Of a stretch of 64,000 nt of DNA, positions 49,501 through 60,479 are shown piece after piece. The translations under genes were made by a program, and so were the position numbers. Position 1 is the first letter of the stretch. Each line of letters starts with the position of its first letter. The DNA comes from an uncultured Nitrospinota bacterium (GTDB taxonomy: Bacteria > Tectomicrobia > Entotheonellia > J063 > CAVPRW01): the NCBI GenBank assembly GCA_963707985.1, contig CAVPRW010000018.1:1-64000 (forward strand), given 5' to 3'. Below the pieces are notes generated by a model that saw nothing but the letters and a program-made list of their open reading frames with translations, made no database searches and was not told where the DNA came from.

Positions 49501-51212
49501 CTAGCGGTACATCGTCTGATTCATCGTCCCTGGGGCGTAGGCCTCGGGGTCGATCCAGACGTTGATCAATGATGGCTTACCAGAGGCACGGGCGCGCTGC
49601 AAGGCAGGTTGGATAGCGTTGGGATGGCGTACTTCTTCGCCGTAACCTCCCAGCATGGTGGCAAATTGGTCGAAGGCCACGTCACCCAGCTTGTTGCCGA
49701 CCTCACCACGTTCACGGCCATACTTGGCGAGCTGGCCGAAGCGGATCTGGTTCCAGGCCGAGTTATTGCCGACGATGCCAACAAACGGCAAGTCGAAGCG
49801 GACCATGGTCTCGAAGTCCCAGCCAGTCAGCGTGAACGCGCCATCACCAAACAGGCACACCACCTCCTTTTGCGGCCGGGCCAGCTTGCAGGCCATGGCG
49901 AATGGTATGCCGACACCCAGCGTGCCAAGGGGGCCCGGGTCCATCCAATGGCCAGGGGATTTGGGCTGGACCACGCCGCCAGAGAAGGTCACGATATCGC
50001 CGCCGTCGCCGATGTAGACTGAATCCTCGCGTAGAAACTCGTTGATTTCGTAGCAGAGGCGTAGGGGATGAATCGGTTGCGCATCGGATTTGAGCCGTGT
50101 GCATACGGTCACTCTGCAAGCGATCTTCTTCCGCTCGTAATGCCTCCATCCACGGCTTGCGCTCGTTGACGCCCCGATTGACGTGTCCGGTTACCGCCTG
50201 TGTCACCGCCCCCAAGATCGCTCCGACGTCACCAACCATACCCAGCGAGACATCCCGATTTTTGCCGACAGTTCGGTAATCCATATCGATTTGCACCACG
50301 GTGGCATCGGCCCGGAGCCGTCTACCATAGCCCATGCGAAAATCGAACGGCGTCCCGACGATGACGATGACATCGGCTTTATCGAAGGCATAGCGGCGGG
50401 TCTGTTGAAAGTGGTGTGGATCGTGGGGCGGCAATGTGCCGCGGCCAGCCCCGTTCATGAATGCAGGAATGTTGAGGCTCTTGACGAAGTTGATGGCCGC
50501 CTCGGTGCCCACGGCAGGTCCAGACTTGTGTCCCCAACAACACGCAGGGCTTCTTCGCCTGCACGAGGATATCGGCGAGCTTTTCGATGTCCGCCGGATC
50601 ACCGATGCTCTTGATGGAAGCCCGATAGCGGCCGGATTGGGGGATACGCACGTTGCTGATATCTACCGTGGTATCCAGGATATCGCGTGGTATTTCCAGA
50701 TAGGATGGCCCCGGAGCCCCATGGTAGCACTCGCGGAAGGCCATACTGATCAGGTCGGGGATGCGGTCGGTGGTGGGAACGCTGGCCGAAAATTTGGTGA
50801 TAGGGCGCAGGATGTCGACATGCGGCAGGTCCTGGAGGGAACCCATTTTGTGCTGGCTCAAGGCGCCCTGACCACCGATGAGGAGCATCGGGCTTTCGGC
50901 CCGGAAGGCATTGGCGATACCAGTAATGGCATCGGTCGTGCCGGGCCCTGCAGTGACCACTGCACACCCTGCCGTACCAGTGACCCGAGCATACCCGTCG
51001 GCGGCATGCGTCGCGACCTGCTCGTGACGTACATCGACGATCTTGATCCCCTCGTCAAGACATCCATCATAGATGTCAATGATGTGACCACCACATAGCG
51101 TGAAAATAGTGTCCACCCCTTCGTTTTTCAGAGCCTTGGCGACTAGATGCCCCCCGGAAATCCGCTCCCCAGTGGCCTCATCCTTCGTGGTTTGATTCTC
51201 TCTCTCGGCCAT
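49501..51212 (-). CDS. oxc: ThDP-dependent oxalyl-CoA decarboxylase / 2-hydroxyacyl-CoA lyase-like protein (apparent indels near 50530 and 50105)
   Basis: SGGHLVAKAL, RHEQ, TAGPG, DPGPLGTLGVG, GDGAF..NN ThDP motif; adjacent to frc. Oxc function is inferred from context. Confidence 0.75.
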
Positions 51213-51594
51213 GATAGCTTTCCTCCCGCTCGGGCCCGACACGCGTAGTGCGCTCGGCTGGTGTGGACAAAGGTGAATCGACGTAGTCAGTGCAAGATGG
51301 AATGCTCTGGATCGCCCAGACAACGAACTGCACGACCGCATTTGCCCCTGAGCATTCGGCAACGCCTGGCTCGACCGGAGACCCAGACGCGCTGGAAACT
51401 CGTGATACAGGGGTGCCGTGACATTATCGGCCGCGCTCTAGAAACCACTCACGTTCTAGAATCAGCGTGTAGCGCAGAACACCTCACAGGACGGGTCATA
51501 CAGGAGGAGTTCACAGGAATGGTAACGGCGTAAGCCTAGACAGAGCCGGAATAAAGACAGTGACCGGAGACATCGATGGGAGCACTTGCATCGG

Positions 51595-51640
51595 CCCCCA
51601 CGCCGGGGCGCCCCTGCGGTAGGGGCGCACCGGCACGTCC
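51595..51640. repeat. REP-like palindrome (GTAGGGGCG type)
   Basis: GCCGG.GGCGCCCCTGCGGTAGGGGCGC.CCGGC inverted repeat downstream of the oxidoreductase beta gene; related CGCCCCTAC at about 13951-13959. Confidence 0.55.
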
Positions 51641-51662
51641 GGAGGCGTTGCTGTACTGTTGA

Positions 51663-52658
51663 CTATTCCTTGGTGAATGGCAGGACACCAGGCAACAGCC
51701 ACTTTTCCCACATCTCGTCGGTCTTCGCCTGGAAATACTCGATGTCCTCATCTAAAAAGTGGGCGAAGCGACCCTGTCGGTTCAAATATTCCCGCACGGG
51801 GAGCCGTTTGGTCCGGCCTTCCACCAGGTACTTGGTCTGACCGTAGTAGGAAAGCTTCCCGTCTTCGACCTCATACAAGGGGAAAATCCCACACTTGACC
51901 GCCATCTCACCCAACTCATGGGAATACATCGGGTCATAGTCCCAACCCTTCGGGCAGGGATCAAGCGAATGGATGAAGGTTGGGCCGCCAATGGTCAAGG
52001 CCTTGCGGACCTTATTCATCATATCCACGGCGTACGTTGGACACACAGTCGCCACATACCGACACTCCGGATGCCCTGCGGCAAGCATACCTGCCGTGTT
52101 CTTTTTCCAACGTTTGTGCATGATGCGCTTGACTTTGCCCGCTGGGCTGAAGGTGGTATAGGCCCCGTATGGCGTGCTCCCTGAAAGCTGAATATCCGTA
52201 TTGGCATACGACTCATTGTCGTACATCAGGATCAGGCAGTTATAATCGCGATGGGTCAGCGTGGCAGAAATGGCCGCTAACCCCATATCCGCGCCACCAC
52301 CGTCGCCACAGAAGGCGATGACGTTGATCGGCTCGGACTTCATCTTGCCCTTGCGCATCAGGGCTTTCAGGGCAGCCGCGGTGCCGAGCGCTGCAGAGCC
52401 TGAGGAGCCCAATTGCGTGTGCATCCAGGGCACCACCCACGGCGTCGTGTAATACGTGGTGTTGGCCACATACATGCAGCCGGTGCTGCCGAGCACGATT
52501 GTGCGGTCGCCGGCGGCTTTGATCATCAGCTTCATCACCAGTGCCGACTCGCAGCCCTGGCAGGTTCGATGACCAGAAGTGAAATATTCCTCCAGGGCAA
52601 CGCCCTTAACGCCCTTGAAAGGCTCCAGTATCTGCGGCAGAACTTCGACAAATGACAT
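51663..52658 (-). CDS. Oxalate oxidoreductase-like 2-oxoacid:ferredoxin oxidoreductase, beta subunit
   Basis: GHRTCQGC, TGCMYVANT, GDGG..DNESYANT ThDP motif, PCPKGW. Confidence 0.9.
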   Translation of the reverse strand: MSFVEVLPQILEPFKGVKGVALEEYFTSGHRTCQGCESALVMKLMIKAAGDRTIVLGSTGCMYVANTTYYTTPWVVPWMHTQLGSSGSAALGTAAALKALMRKGKMKSEPINVIAFCGDGGGADMGLAAISATLTHRDYNCLILMYDNESYANTDIQLSGSTPYGAYTTFSPAGKVKRIMHKRWKKNTAGMLAAGHPECRYVATVCPTYAVDMMNKVRKALTIGGPTFIHSLDPCPKGWDYDPMYSHELGEMAVKCGIFPLYEVEDGKLSYYGQTKYLVEGRTKRLPVREYLNRQGRFAHFLDEDIEYFQAKTDEMWEKWLLPGVLPFTKE

Positions 52659-52663
52659 CGTCT

Positions 52664-53881
52664 TTACCCCCTGACCCCTATCCAATGGGTCTCTGTATCA
52701 GCTTTTCCGGACGCGGCCACTTTCGTCGTCATATCGCTTATCTCGACCACGTTTTCTGCCGTCACTTCACGTCCCCCAAGGCCGGCGATGAAGCTCACCA
52801 CGTAGGGTCGTTTATCTAATGAGTATAACGCCGATCGTATCTCCGTGGCAAGCACACCTGCGTGGAAGGGGGAGCCGAACGAGTAATCGCGATCGATAAC
52901 CCCCACCGCCTTCACCTTCGAGAGGGTGGCGCGCAACTCTTCCGTCGGGAACGGTCGTAGCCACTTCAACCGTACCACCCCTACCTTGTGTCCCTGGGCC
53001 CGCAACTGGCGCACGGCGACTTTCAATGGCATGGCGATCGTCCCCTGGCCCAGCAAGGCGATCTCGGCGTCTTCCATCATGTACTCTTCAAACCACGGCG
53101 ACTCTCCCCGACCGAAAGTGCGGTGAAAGTCCGCATAGACGTCGGGGATGATCGATTTGGCCCGTTTCATCGCCTCATCGCTCTGCTTCCGGATCTCGAT
53201 GAGCCAGTCTTCGTTCACCTGCGGGGCGATGGTGATCGGATTATCAGGGTGCAACTGCAGCTCGGCCCGGTCATAGGGCGGCAGGAATTGCTCCACCATG
53301 CCCTGACTGGGGACTTTCACCAGGACCTGCGAGTGCGTCAGATAGGCCCCGTCCATGCCGATGGCGATGGGTAGTAACACCCGACGATCCTCTGCCAGTC
53401 GCCAGGCCATCAAGGCCGTATCGAGGGCCTCTTGAGCGGTATCCACCCAGGTCAACATCCAGCCGAGGTCGCGCACCGCTAGCGCGTCGTTGTGCTCCAC
53501 CCCGAAGGCGCCTGGATCGTCAAGCGCCCGATTGCCGACAATGGCCACCACCGGCATGCGTAACCCGGCCGTCACCGCCAACGCTTCCATGGCGTAGAAC
53601 CAACCCACGCCGCTCGACCCGACAAACACGCGCGCACCCACCGCGGAGGCATGTTTGACGATCTCGAATTGCGAGTGCTCGCTCTCAGCGATGATGTATT
53701 CGGCATCGAATTCGCCGTTCGAAATGAGCTTGGCGATCGCCTGCATGACGGTATCGTACGGCCGAATGGGATAGCCGGTGATGACGTCGACATCAGCGAG
53801 CTTGCAGGCCTGTGCAATCGCCTCGCAGCCGCTGATCAGCGCCTCGGTTTCCTGCGGAATAACTAATGTGTCAGCCCTCAT
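52664..53881 (-). CDS. Oxalate oxidoreductase-like alpha subunit
   Basis: SGCEAIA..ADVDVITGYPIRPY (YPIRP rather than the PFOR YPITP), ESEH, GSSGVG, GLGGR. Confidence 0.9.
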   Translation of the reverse strand: MRADTLVIPQETEALISGCEAIAQACKLADVDVITGYPIRPYDTVMQAIAKLISNGEFDAEYIIAESEHSQFEIVKHASAVGARVFVGSSGVGWFYAMEALAVTAGLRMPVVAIVGNRALDDPGAFGVEHNDALAVRDLGWMLTWVDTAQEALDTALMAWRLAEDRRVLLPIAIGMDGAYLTHSQVLVKVPSQGMVEQFLPPYDRAELQLHPDNPITIAPQVNEDWLIEIRKQSDEAMKRAKSIIPDVYADFHRTFGRGESPWFEEYMMEDAEIALLGQGTIAMPLKVAVRQLRAQGHKVGVVRLKWLRPFPTEELRATLSKVKAVGVIDRDYSFGSPFHAGVLATEIRSALYSLDKRPYVVSFIAGLGGREVTAENVVEISDMTTKVAASGKADTETHWIGVRG

Positions 53882-53882
53882 G

Positions 53883-55046
53883 CTAGGCGTCCTCCTCCTT
53901 TTGCAGCGCTGCGATTTCCTCATCGTACTGGCCTCGATGATGGAAGCCATGGGCACGATGTTCGACCGTTTTCGCCTCGGCAATCTTCTCCTGCAGCCAC
54001 CCTTGGTAACCCGGCGTGTCCTGTTTCCACATCTCGTACTGACTGCTGTTATCAGCAAAGGCGGTTTCATTGACCATGGTGATACAGTTGGCCACTGGGC
54101 ATACGGCCTCACATACGCCACAGCCGCAGCAAGCCTCCATATTGGCATCATACAGGTGTTCGGGTGTGACATCGAAACAGGAATCGGGACACTGCAGCCA
54201 GCACAGGGTGCACTTCACGCACTTATCGAAGTCGACGACCGGCCGCATCGACCGCGTGGTGTATTTCTTGAAGTATTGATTGCGTTCCGGCTGGTACCCG
54301 CCTTCCTCGCCTCGGAAACCCTTGCCCACAGCGATCCCCTTGACTACGATGGCGTCCTGCATTTCCCAGTACTTTGGCTTTTCGAAGTCCTCGACTGGCG
54401 CCGTATTTCCCTCAGCTGGGGTCACATGGCGGGGGACGGCGCGATCGAAGGCCTTTTGCGCCGACGTGACTTTCAAGCTGTCGTTCCACTCCTGCATGAT
54501 GGCCTGTTCCAGCGACTTTATACCGAAAAGGTGGGGGGCGATGCGCGCCAGTGTCCCCAGCACCCGTACCTCCGTATGATCTTCTTTGTAGACCCAGAGA
54601 CCGGAGAAGCTGGCTGGTCCCTTGACAATGGCCATGTCATACTCGTAAGGCTGCTGATGGATCCATTGCAGCAAGGTGTCGGGAGAGTGGATGGAGGTGA
54701 CGAGCAGCAAGCCGTTCTCATGCAGCAATTTATTGATCGGCTGCGTGCCATACCAGGCCCAGGATTCCACACCTTTGCACAGGGTATCATCCACCGCGAT
54801 CGTGATGTCGACGACCGTGGGCTCGTACCTTGCCATGCTGGTCTGCAATTCGAGCTCATCGTCGGCGACGATGGCGAATTGCTTCGCAGGGATGCCATTG
54901 CGTTCCGGAGAATCGCCATAGCGTCCGAAGGAGATGCCGACTTTGCCTTCTTTGCGCGCGGCCAACACGATGCCGCGACCAATGCGCTGGCCTAAATTCT
55001 TTTGGAAAATACCTCGATACACGACTTCAACCGTCACCGAACTCAT
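53883..55046 (-). CDS. Oxalate oxidoreductase-like delta subunit (gamma-type domain + 2x[4Fe-4S])
   Basis: Gamma-like N-terminus lacking GxGGQG; CVKCTLCWLQCP and CCGCGVCEAVCP. Confidence 0.88.
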   Translation of the reverse strand: MSSVTVEVVYRGIFQKNLGQRIGRGIVLAARKEGKVGISFGRYGDSPERNGIPAKQFAIVADDELELQTSMARYEPTVVDITIAVDDTLCKGVESWAWYGTQPINKLLHENGLLLVTSIHSPDTLLQWIHQQPYEYDMAIVKGPASFSGLWVYKEDHTEVRVLGTLARIAPHLFGIKSLEQAIMQEWNDSLKVTSAQKAFDRAVPRHVTPAEGNTAPVEDFEKPKYWEMQDAIVVKGIAVGKGFRGEEGGYQPERNQYFKKYTTRSMRPVVDFDKCVKCTLCWLQCPDSCFDVTPEHLYDANMEACCGCGVCEAVCPVANCITMVNETAFADNSSQYEMWKQDTPGYQGWLQEKIAEAKTVEHRAHGFHHRGQYDEEIAALQKEEDA

Positions 55047-55933
55047 TGTTGTCCTCCATCCTCCCGACGTGGCACGATAACTGACTCTAGGGGCGCTGAT
55101 GCATGACGCCTCCGAGTCGACGAGCGGCGCTGCGTCGAGCTCGAAGGTTCAGGCGATGGATGCTGTCCAGCTTCGACATCCAGGCCGCGTGAGGTGGGTC
55201 CCGGCTCGCCGATTGGCAGGCGCTGCCGGCGTGGCTGTGGGGTGGGGGCGAGTACGTTCTGCTCCACCGCCTGAATGTGCCGCTGCATCGCCTGACGAGC
55301 CAATTCCGGGTCATGCCGCTCGATGGCAACGAGGATCTCTCGGTGGGACGCCAAAGATTTGTGGGCACGACCCGGGGTCTGTAGGGATTTCTCCCGTATG
55401 GGTTTGAGAATCTCGACGATCGACGCCACCAGACGCTGCAATGCCGCATTGTGGGTGGCGCGGCCAATGGTCAAATGAAACGCGGCATCGCTATCCACCG
55501 CAGAGGTATCCCGGTTGATCTGCTGCTCTTGCTGGGTGTAGATCTCCTTCAGGCGCAGGATATCGGCTGGTGTGGCGCGTTCGGCAGCCAGGGCCGCGAT
55601 ACTCGGTTCGACCAGGCAACGCATTTCAAACAGATCGATCAACGCATCCTTGCCTTGCGAGAGCAACGAGGCCAACGGGGGAATGATCGCCTCCACGTTC
55701 ACAGCTGTGATAAAGGTCCCACTCCCAGGTCGTGAAATGACCATCCGCTCATTCTCGAGCGTCTTAATCGCTTCACGCACCGACGAGCGGCTGACACGAA
55801 ACGTCTCGGCTAACTCTCGCTCCGAGGGCAGTCGATCCCCCGCCTTCAACTTCCCATCGTCGATCAACTGGTGAAGTTGTCCGACCACTTCCTCATAGAG
55901 GCGTGTCTTCTTGATCACCTTGACTTCTAACAT
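55043..55933 (-). CDS. FadR/GntR family transcriptional regulator
   Basis: GDRLPSERELAETFRVSRSSVREA HTH + FCD domain; stop overlaps the oxidoreductase start. Confidence 0.95.
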   Translation of the reverse strand: MLEVKVIKKTRLYEEVVGQLHQLIDDGKLKAGDRLPSERELAETFRVSRSSVREAIKTLENERMVISRPGSGTFITAVNVEAIIPPLASLLSQGKDALIDLFEMRCLVEPSIAALAAERATPADILRLKEIYTQQEQQINRDTSAVDSDAAFHLTIGRATHNAALQRLVASIVEILKPIREKSLQTPGRAHKSLASHREILVAIERHDPELARQAMQRHIQAVEQNVLAPTPQPRRQRLPIGEPGPTSRGLDVEAGQHPSPEPSSSTQRRSSTRRRHASAPLESVIVPRREDGGQQ

Positions 55934-55969
55934 AAGCCTGCATCCTGAGGTTTCACCAGGTACTTGCCA

Positions 55970-56009
55970 ACTGGTCAGACCAGTATACCAATCGGCAATC
56001 GCCTGTCAA
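55970..56009 (-). promoter_or_regulatory. Promoter with overlapping FadR-type operator
   Basis: Perfect palindrome ACTGGTC-A-GACCAGT (55970-55984); TTGACA (56009-56004)-N16-TATACT (55987-55982) with extended TG. Confidence 0.85.
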
Positions 56010-56144
56010 GAGAAATTTAACCCTTCGAGGATATTCTATCAATGTTGACAATGCAACAATTTTACCTTTTATAACCTATTTTAGCCTCACACATACATCT
56101 GGTTCATAGGCAACCTCGTCCACTGTCGATCGACAGAACAAACC

Positions 56145-56425
56145 ATGCGAGACGGATGCACACTCGCACCCGGTCAGAAGGGAACCAAGAAACTCCTAGA
56201 CCAGTACGATTCCCAACGGTCGCAGCTAATCATCATACAAGCCCCTTGGTCGACGACGCCCACGACAACGGCTGGTGTGACCTTGGTAGGCGTCCATGTG
56301 GGGGGGGAACAAGGTGGCGCAACGACAGGTCAAACAACACGGAGGGCAGTAGCTCCCCAGCCCGTGTTTGAGAGCTGCCGTATAGCCGGGCGAGCGCGCT
56401 CAGCTCGAAAGACCGTACTGAGAGG
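56145..56425 (+). pseudogene. Degenerate remnant of a small hypothetical protein (PGQKGTKKLL family)
   Basis: LAPGQKGTKKLLDQYD start recalled from small proteins often seen near integron integrases; remainder decayed. Confidence 0.35.
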
Positions 56426-56440
56426 TGGCGTGTTTCTGAT

Positions 56441-58252
56441 CTCACGGTTCGCTCATTTTTAAGGCGGTTTGTGAGCATTGGGACAAAGCTTCGTAGAGAT
56501 GGTGACAGGGAAATCGAGGCGCTCGAGGATGCGCTGTTGCACGTGCGCGAGGGGCGTGAGATGACGTCTGCAGCGACGGCCTGCGCGGATGATGGTCAGC
56601 GTCAGGCCGTGAAATGCCTCCAGGAGACGTGCTGCGGTCGGGTGCATGGTGGCCCGCTGGGGATTGCCGACAGACAACCCAGCCAGCGTGGTCTGGGCCG
56701 CAGCCAAGTGCCGGCGGACCTCAAACTCCAGCCGCGTCAGCACCCGCCAGCCGAGGGACCACAGCCGGATCAACCCGGTCGCATGGTCCTCCCGCTCCAG
56801 AGACATCGGGGTCAGCGACAGGGGCCGGCCGTTCAGGCGGCCCATCGCTCGCTCGACCCAGGACTCGTGGCGGTATGCCAGGACGGCCTCTGGCAGGGAG
56901 AGCTGTGCCGGAGGGTGGGTGGTGACATCGACCCGCCAGCCCAGTTGGCGCACGACGGCTGCGACGGCGGCCTGGTCGACCCTGACGGTGACCTTGACGT
57001 CCCACTCCAGCCGCACGGTGGCGTCCCGGCCGCCGTCGCGGCGTCCGGGGTGCTCCCACCATGGTGCGCGATACCGGACCGCCAGCAGGCCGGACACCCG
57101 CTCATGGGCCAGAATGGCCTCGACCGCTTCCCGCCGAGCACTCGGCTCGGTCCAGCGGCGCCGGCCCCGTCCGCGCGTCTGCAGCGCCGTGATTTCCGCC
57201 TGGGCCTTGGCCAGCCGGCCGTGCCGCTCCCGCGCCGCCGCTTGGGCCAACTGGCACGACCGCATGACCCAGCGCCGTTCCTGCCAGTTGTACCGCTGCC
57301 CGACCATCGCGGCGGTCACGGATTCCCGCCGCTCAAAGCCCTCCGCGATCAGCTTGGCTTGGCCCCCGGGCTGGGCGCGGTGCATCACGGTCCAGGCCTG
57401 TTCCTCCGCCCACACCGGCGCCCAAGAGTCGGCCAAGACCGCGGGCGGCAGGTGGCGCTCCGACAAGGGGCACAAGTCATCATCGCCTCCGGCGTGGATA
57501 GACGCCCGCGTCTCCACGGCGCCCATCTGACCGTCGCCCACATACAGCAGCCCACGCCGTCCCAGCCCCTCCCGGACGCGGGCGATGGCGGGGCTGTACC
57601 AGGGGGCATCGGCCCGTTGCCCTGGCACGATGTCGGTCGCCACCGGCAGGCCCAGGGGCTCCAGCGCCGACACCATGATCTTGACCTGGGGCAGGTCGGG
57701 GCGATGGTCTTTGCGATGGCCACACTGACACAACCCGTCTTCCGTCACGCTCCAGTGGCCGTTGGCGGTGGTACGATCCAAGCGTACGCAGGCCGGCGGC
57801 AGATCAGACACGCGCCGCGTGTGTTGATTGAGGGCCCCCTCGCAGGCCCGCCAAGGCGTCTCCTCACTCAAGACCTCCAGCACCGTGGCCAAGCGGTCGT
57901 CGCTGACGTCCAACGGGTCCACCGCCTGCCCGGTGCACGCCTGCAACGTGTGGAGCCGCGGTGTGGCCCAGGGGGTCACGTGGTTCAGGCGATGGTCACC
58001 TTCGGAGAGGAGATGCGTCACCCACCCCACGCTCACCCACCCCAGGCTCAAGCCCACCCAGTGGCCATGCGTCGGAACATGCTCGTCCAACAGGGGCTGG
58101 CCCCCCATGCGGTGGAGGTGGGCCAACAGGACAGGCATATCCTCCACGCGTGCACTGACCATGCTCAGGGCCTCGGCCATGGGGCACCTCCTGTGCGCCC
58201 GAGACCCTCCCACAATTTCGGAAACCCCTCACAAAAATGAGCGAACCGTGAG
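56441..58252 (-). mobile_element. IS1634-family element with perfect 20-bp terminal IRs and no target duplication
   Basis: CTCACGGTTCGCTCATTTTT (56441-56460) / AAAAATGAGCGAACCGTGAG (58233-58252). Confidence 0.9.
56459..58180 (-). pseudogene. IS1634-family transposase, open frame but heavily substituted
   Basis: DDRLATVL, RLDRTT, GHRKDHRPDLPQ, YVGDGQM, VERAMGRLNG: recognisable but degraded family motifs. Confidence 0.85.
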
Positions 58253-58915
58253 TCACAGCACTCAGACTCGCATGAAAATCCCAGCGCAACTTGCCGGCAG
58301 AACGCGCCTGACAATCGCTGAGGCCGGTGAATTGTTTGGCGTCGCGGAACAGACATTCGATCTGGAAACGCGCTTTGTCATACCGGTCGATCGTCTTGGC
58401 GGACAGCGCAACATCTGTGCTGAAGAGCAGTGCATGGCGTCCAGTGGGCAGGTGACGCACCACCACCAAGTAAAGATTGTGCTGTAATGGTGGATGATTG
58501 ACCAGCTGAGAGTAGAGGGCGATATCGGTCTCATCCGCCTCGACCTGCTCAAAACGCGCCAGATTGCTGATATCGACTTTCCCATCATAGGTTTTGGGCC
58601 GTCCGGGGCCGTCCCGGCGTGGCCCGCGGTAGAGGTGACGGAGGTGGGCGTCCCGGCGGAGCTTGCCGATCACATGCAAGTCCAACGCGCAGATGCCATC
58701 GACGAATTGCTTTTTGCTGAAGTAGCCATCGACCGCCAGGTACGTGAGCGCCTGCAAGGATTGTGTGGTGACCACACGGGTAATATGAGCCAGATAGGTA
58801 TCGATGCGGGTCTCCTCAGTGGCACTCTGCAGCGCTGGGGAGGTCTGTTCCACACTGAGTGTATACGCGCTGTTGTGGGTCACATCGATCCAGGCAAGTG
58901 TGGCCAGCTCCAAGC
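58253..58915 (-). pseudogene. Internal fragment of an IS4/IS701-like DDE transposase
   Basis: LAVDGYF, GKLRRDA, GRPKTYDGK, LFSTD, KARFQIECLFRDAKQFTGL..CQAR; truncated by neighbouring elements at both ends. Confidence 0.85.
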
Positions 58916-60163
58916 CAGGGCAAGCGCATTTGAAAGGTGAGTGGTTTTTCCACTCCAGTGGGCAAGGAGCCTACCAACCCGAAGCCCTTGTGACTGTTGG
59001 AGAAGGCCTCATGGGTATGCGTGGGCCTTCATCGTGTCACGACTATTTTGCCACCTGGACCGATCCCCGCTGTCCGGATGCTCCCAATCGCCAGCAGCTC
59101 CTGCTGGACAGGCTCGTTATGGCGGTGTGCGCCGTGCTTGGCGGGGCCGAGGGGTGGGAAGACATCGAAGCATACGCTCAGGCCCAAGCGGCGTGGTTTG
59201 CCGACCTGCTGGACTTGCCACATGGCATCCCGGGGCATGCCACCTTCCGACGGGTCTTCTCGCGGTTGGACCCCGAGGAGCTGACCCCGTGCTTCAGCGC
59301 GTGGACGCACGCCCGCAGCGAGGCCTCGGGAGGCGAGATGATCGCCATCGACGGCAAAACGCTCCGCCATGCGTTTGCTCAGGCCACCGCCACGGCGGCG
59401 ATCCCTATGGTGAGTGCCTGGGCGCGTGCCAACCGCTTGGTGTTGGGGCAGCTCACAGTCGACGAGCAGTCGAATGACATGACCGCCATGCCCCAGCGCC
59501 TCCACCGGCTTGACGTCACAGGGGCGGTGGTCACCAGTGAGGCCCTGGGGTGTCAGACAGACATCGCTACGACCATGACGGCGCAAGGGGCGGATGATGG
59601 CTTGGCGCTCCAGGATCATCACCCGACACGCGCTGCGGCAGTGACCTGGTGGCGGAACGATGCTCGGGACACTCCGGGTGCGGGCATCGCGCCGCGTACC
59701 ATGAAACCGTCGATGGGGATCATGGTCGTATTGACATACGTCGGTATGGGATCACCGCGGAGATTGACTGGCTAGACGCCAAGGGGGCTTGGGCCAATCT
59801 GCACCGTGTGGGGATGGTGGAATCGCGTCGAGACATCGGGGACCAGGTCCAGCTCGAGACACGGGATTTTCTGACGTCGCTGCCAGCCGAAGCCGTGCGG
59901 TTTGCCGAAGCCGTGCGGCAGCACGGGGGTGTCGAGAACTCCTTGCATGGGGTCCTGGAGGGCTCGTTTCAGGAGGATGCCTGCCGGATCCGCCAAGACA
60001 AGGGTGCGCAGACCTTCGCCGTGCTCCGCCATATGGCCGTCAACCTGTTGCGACGCGAGCCCCATCACACACGGGGCATCAAAGCTCGACGCAAACGAGC
60101 CGGATGGGATCGAGACGATCTCGTCCAAGTTGTAACGGGGGTAACCTACATGCGCTTACCCTG
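58916..60163 (+). mobile_element. ISAs1-family element (second copy) with degenerate transposase (59011 to about 60145)
   Basis: IRs CAGGGCAAGCGCAT / ATGCGCTTACCCTG; protein colinear with the copy at 5303-6262. Confidence 0.9.
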
Positions 60164-60213
60164 CCTACAGGGCCACTTGCCTGGGACTCCTCCTGCGAGT
60201 ATGATACTATAGG

Positions 60214-60333
60214 CTATGTATCCGTGTCGTGTTCCATCGCCCATGGCAGAAGGCACTGGTAGGCCGCATCCCAGCGCCGGTCGCCATCGCTCCGTGCGCT
60301 CACCGTCCGGCGTATATGCCCAGGGTTCTTCAT
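60214..60333 (-). pseudogene. Small ORF remnant (MKNPGHIRRTV..DGDRRWDAAYQ) resembling the leader ORF of serine-recombinase mobile elements
   Basis: GGAGG RBS + ATG; DG.RRWD.AYQ motif recalled from memory; partner recombinase absent. Confidence 0.35.
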
Positions 60334-60479
60334 GGGTTCCTCCTGTGTGTCGGACATCTCCTACGCAGGAGGATACCTTGAGGAATGCCTCAGCGCCGCA
60401 GCCGCTGAGGCCGGCGCCACCAGGAGAGTGGAAGCACCCCCCAGCGCGTGCAGCAGAATTTGTCATGTGTGATTGTACC

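Noticed and set aside
56471..58240. 589-aa plus-strand ORF and other long shadow ORFs
   Set aside because: Antisense to the IS1634 transposase; explained by stop-codon depletion in very GC-rich DNA.
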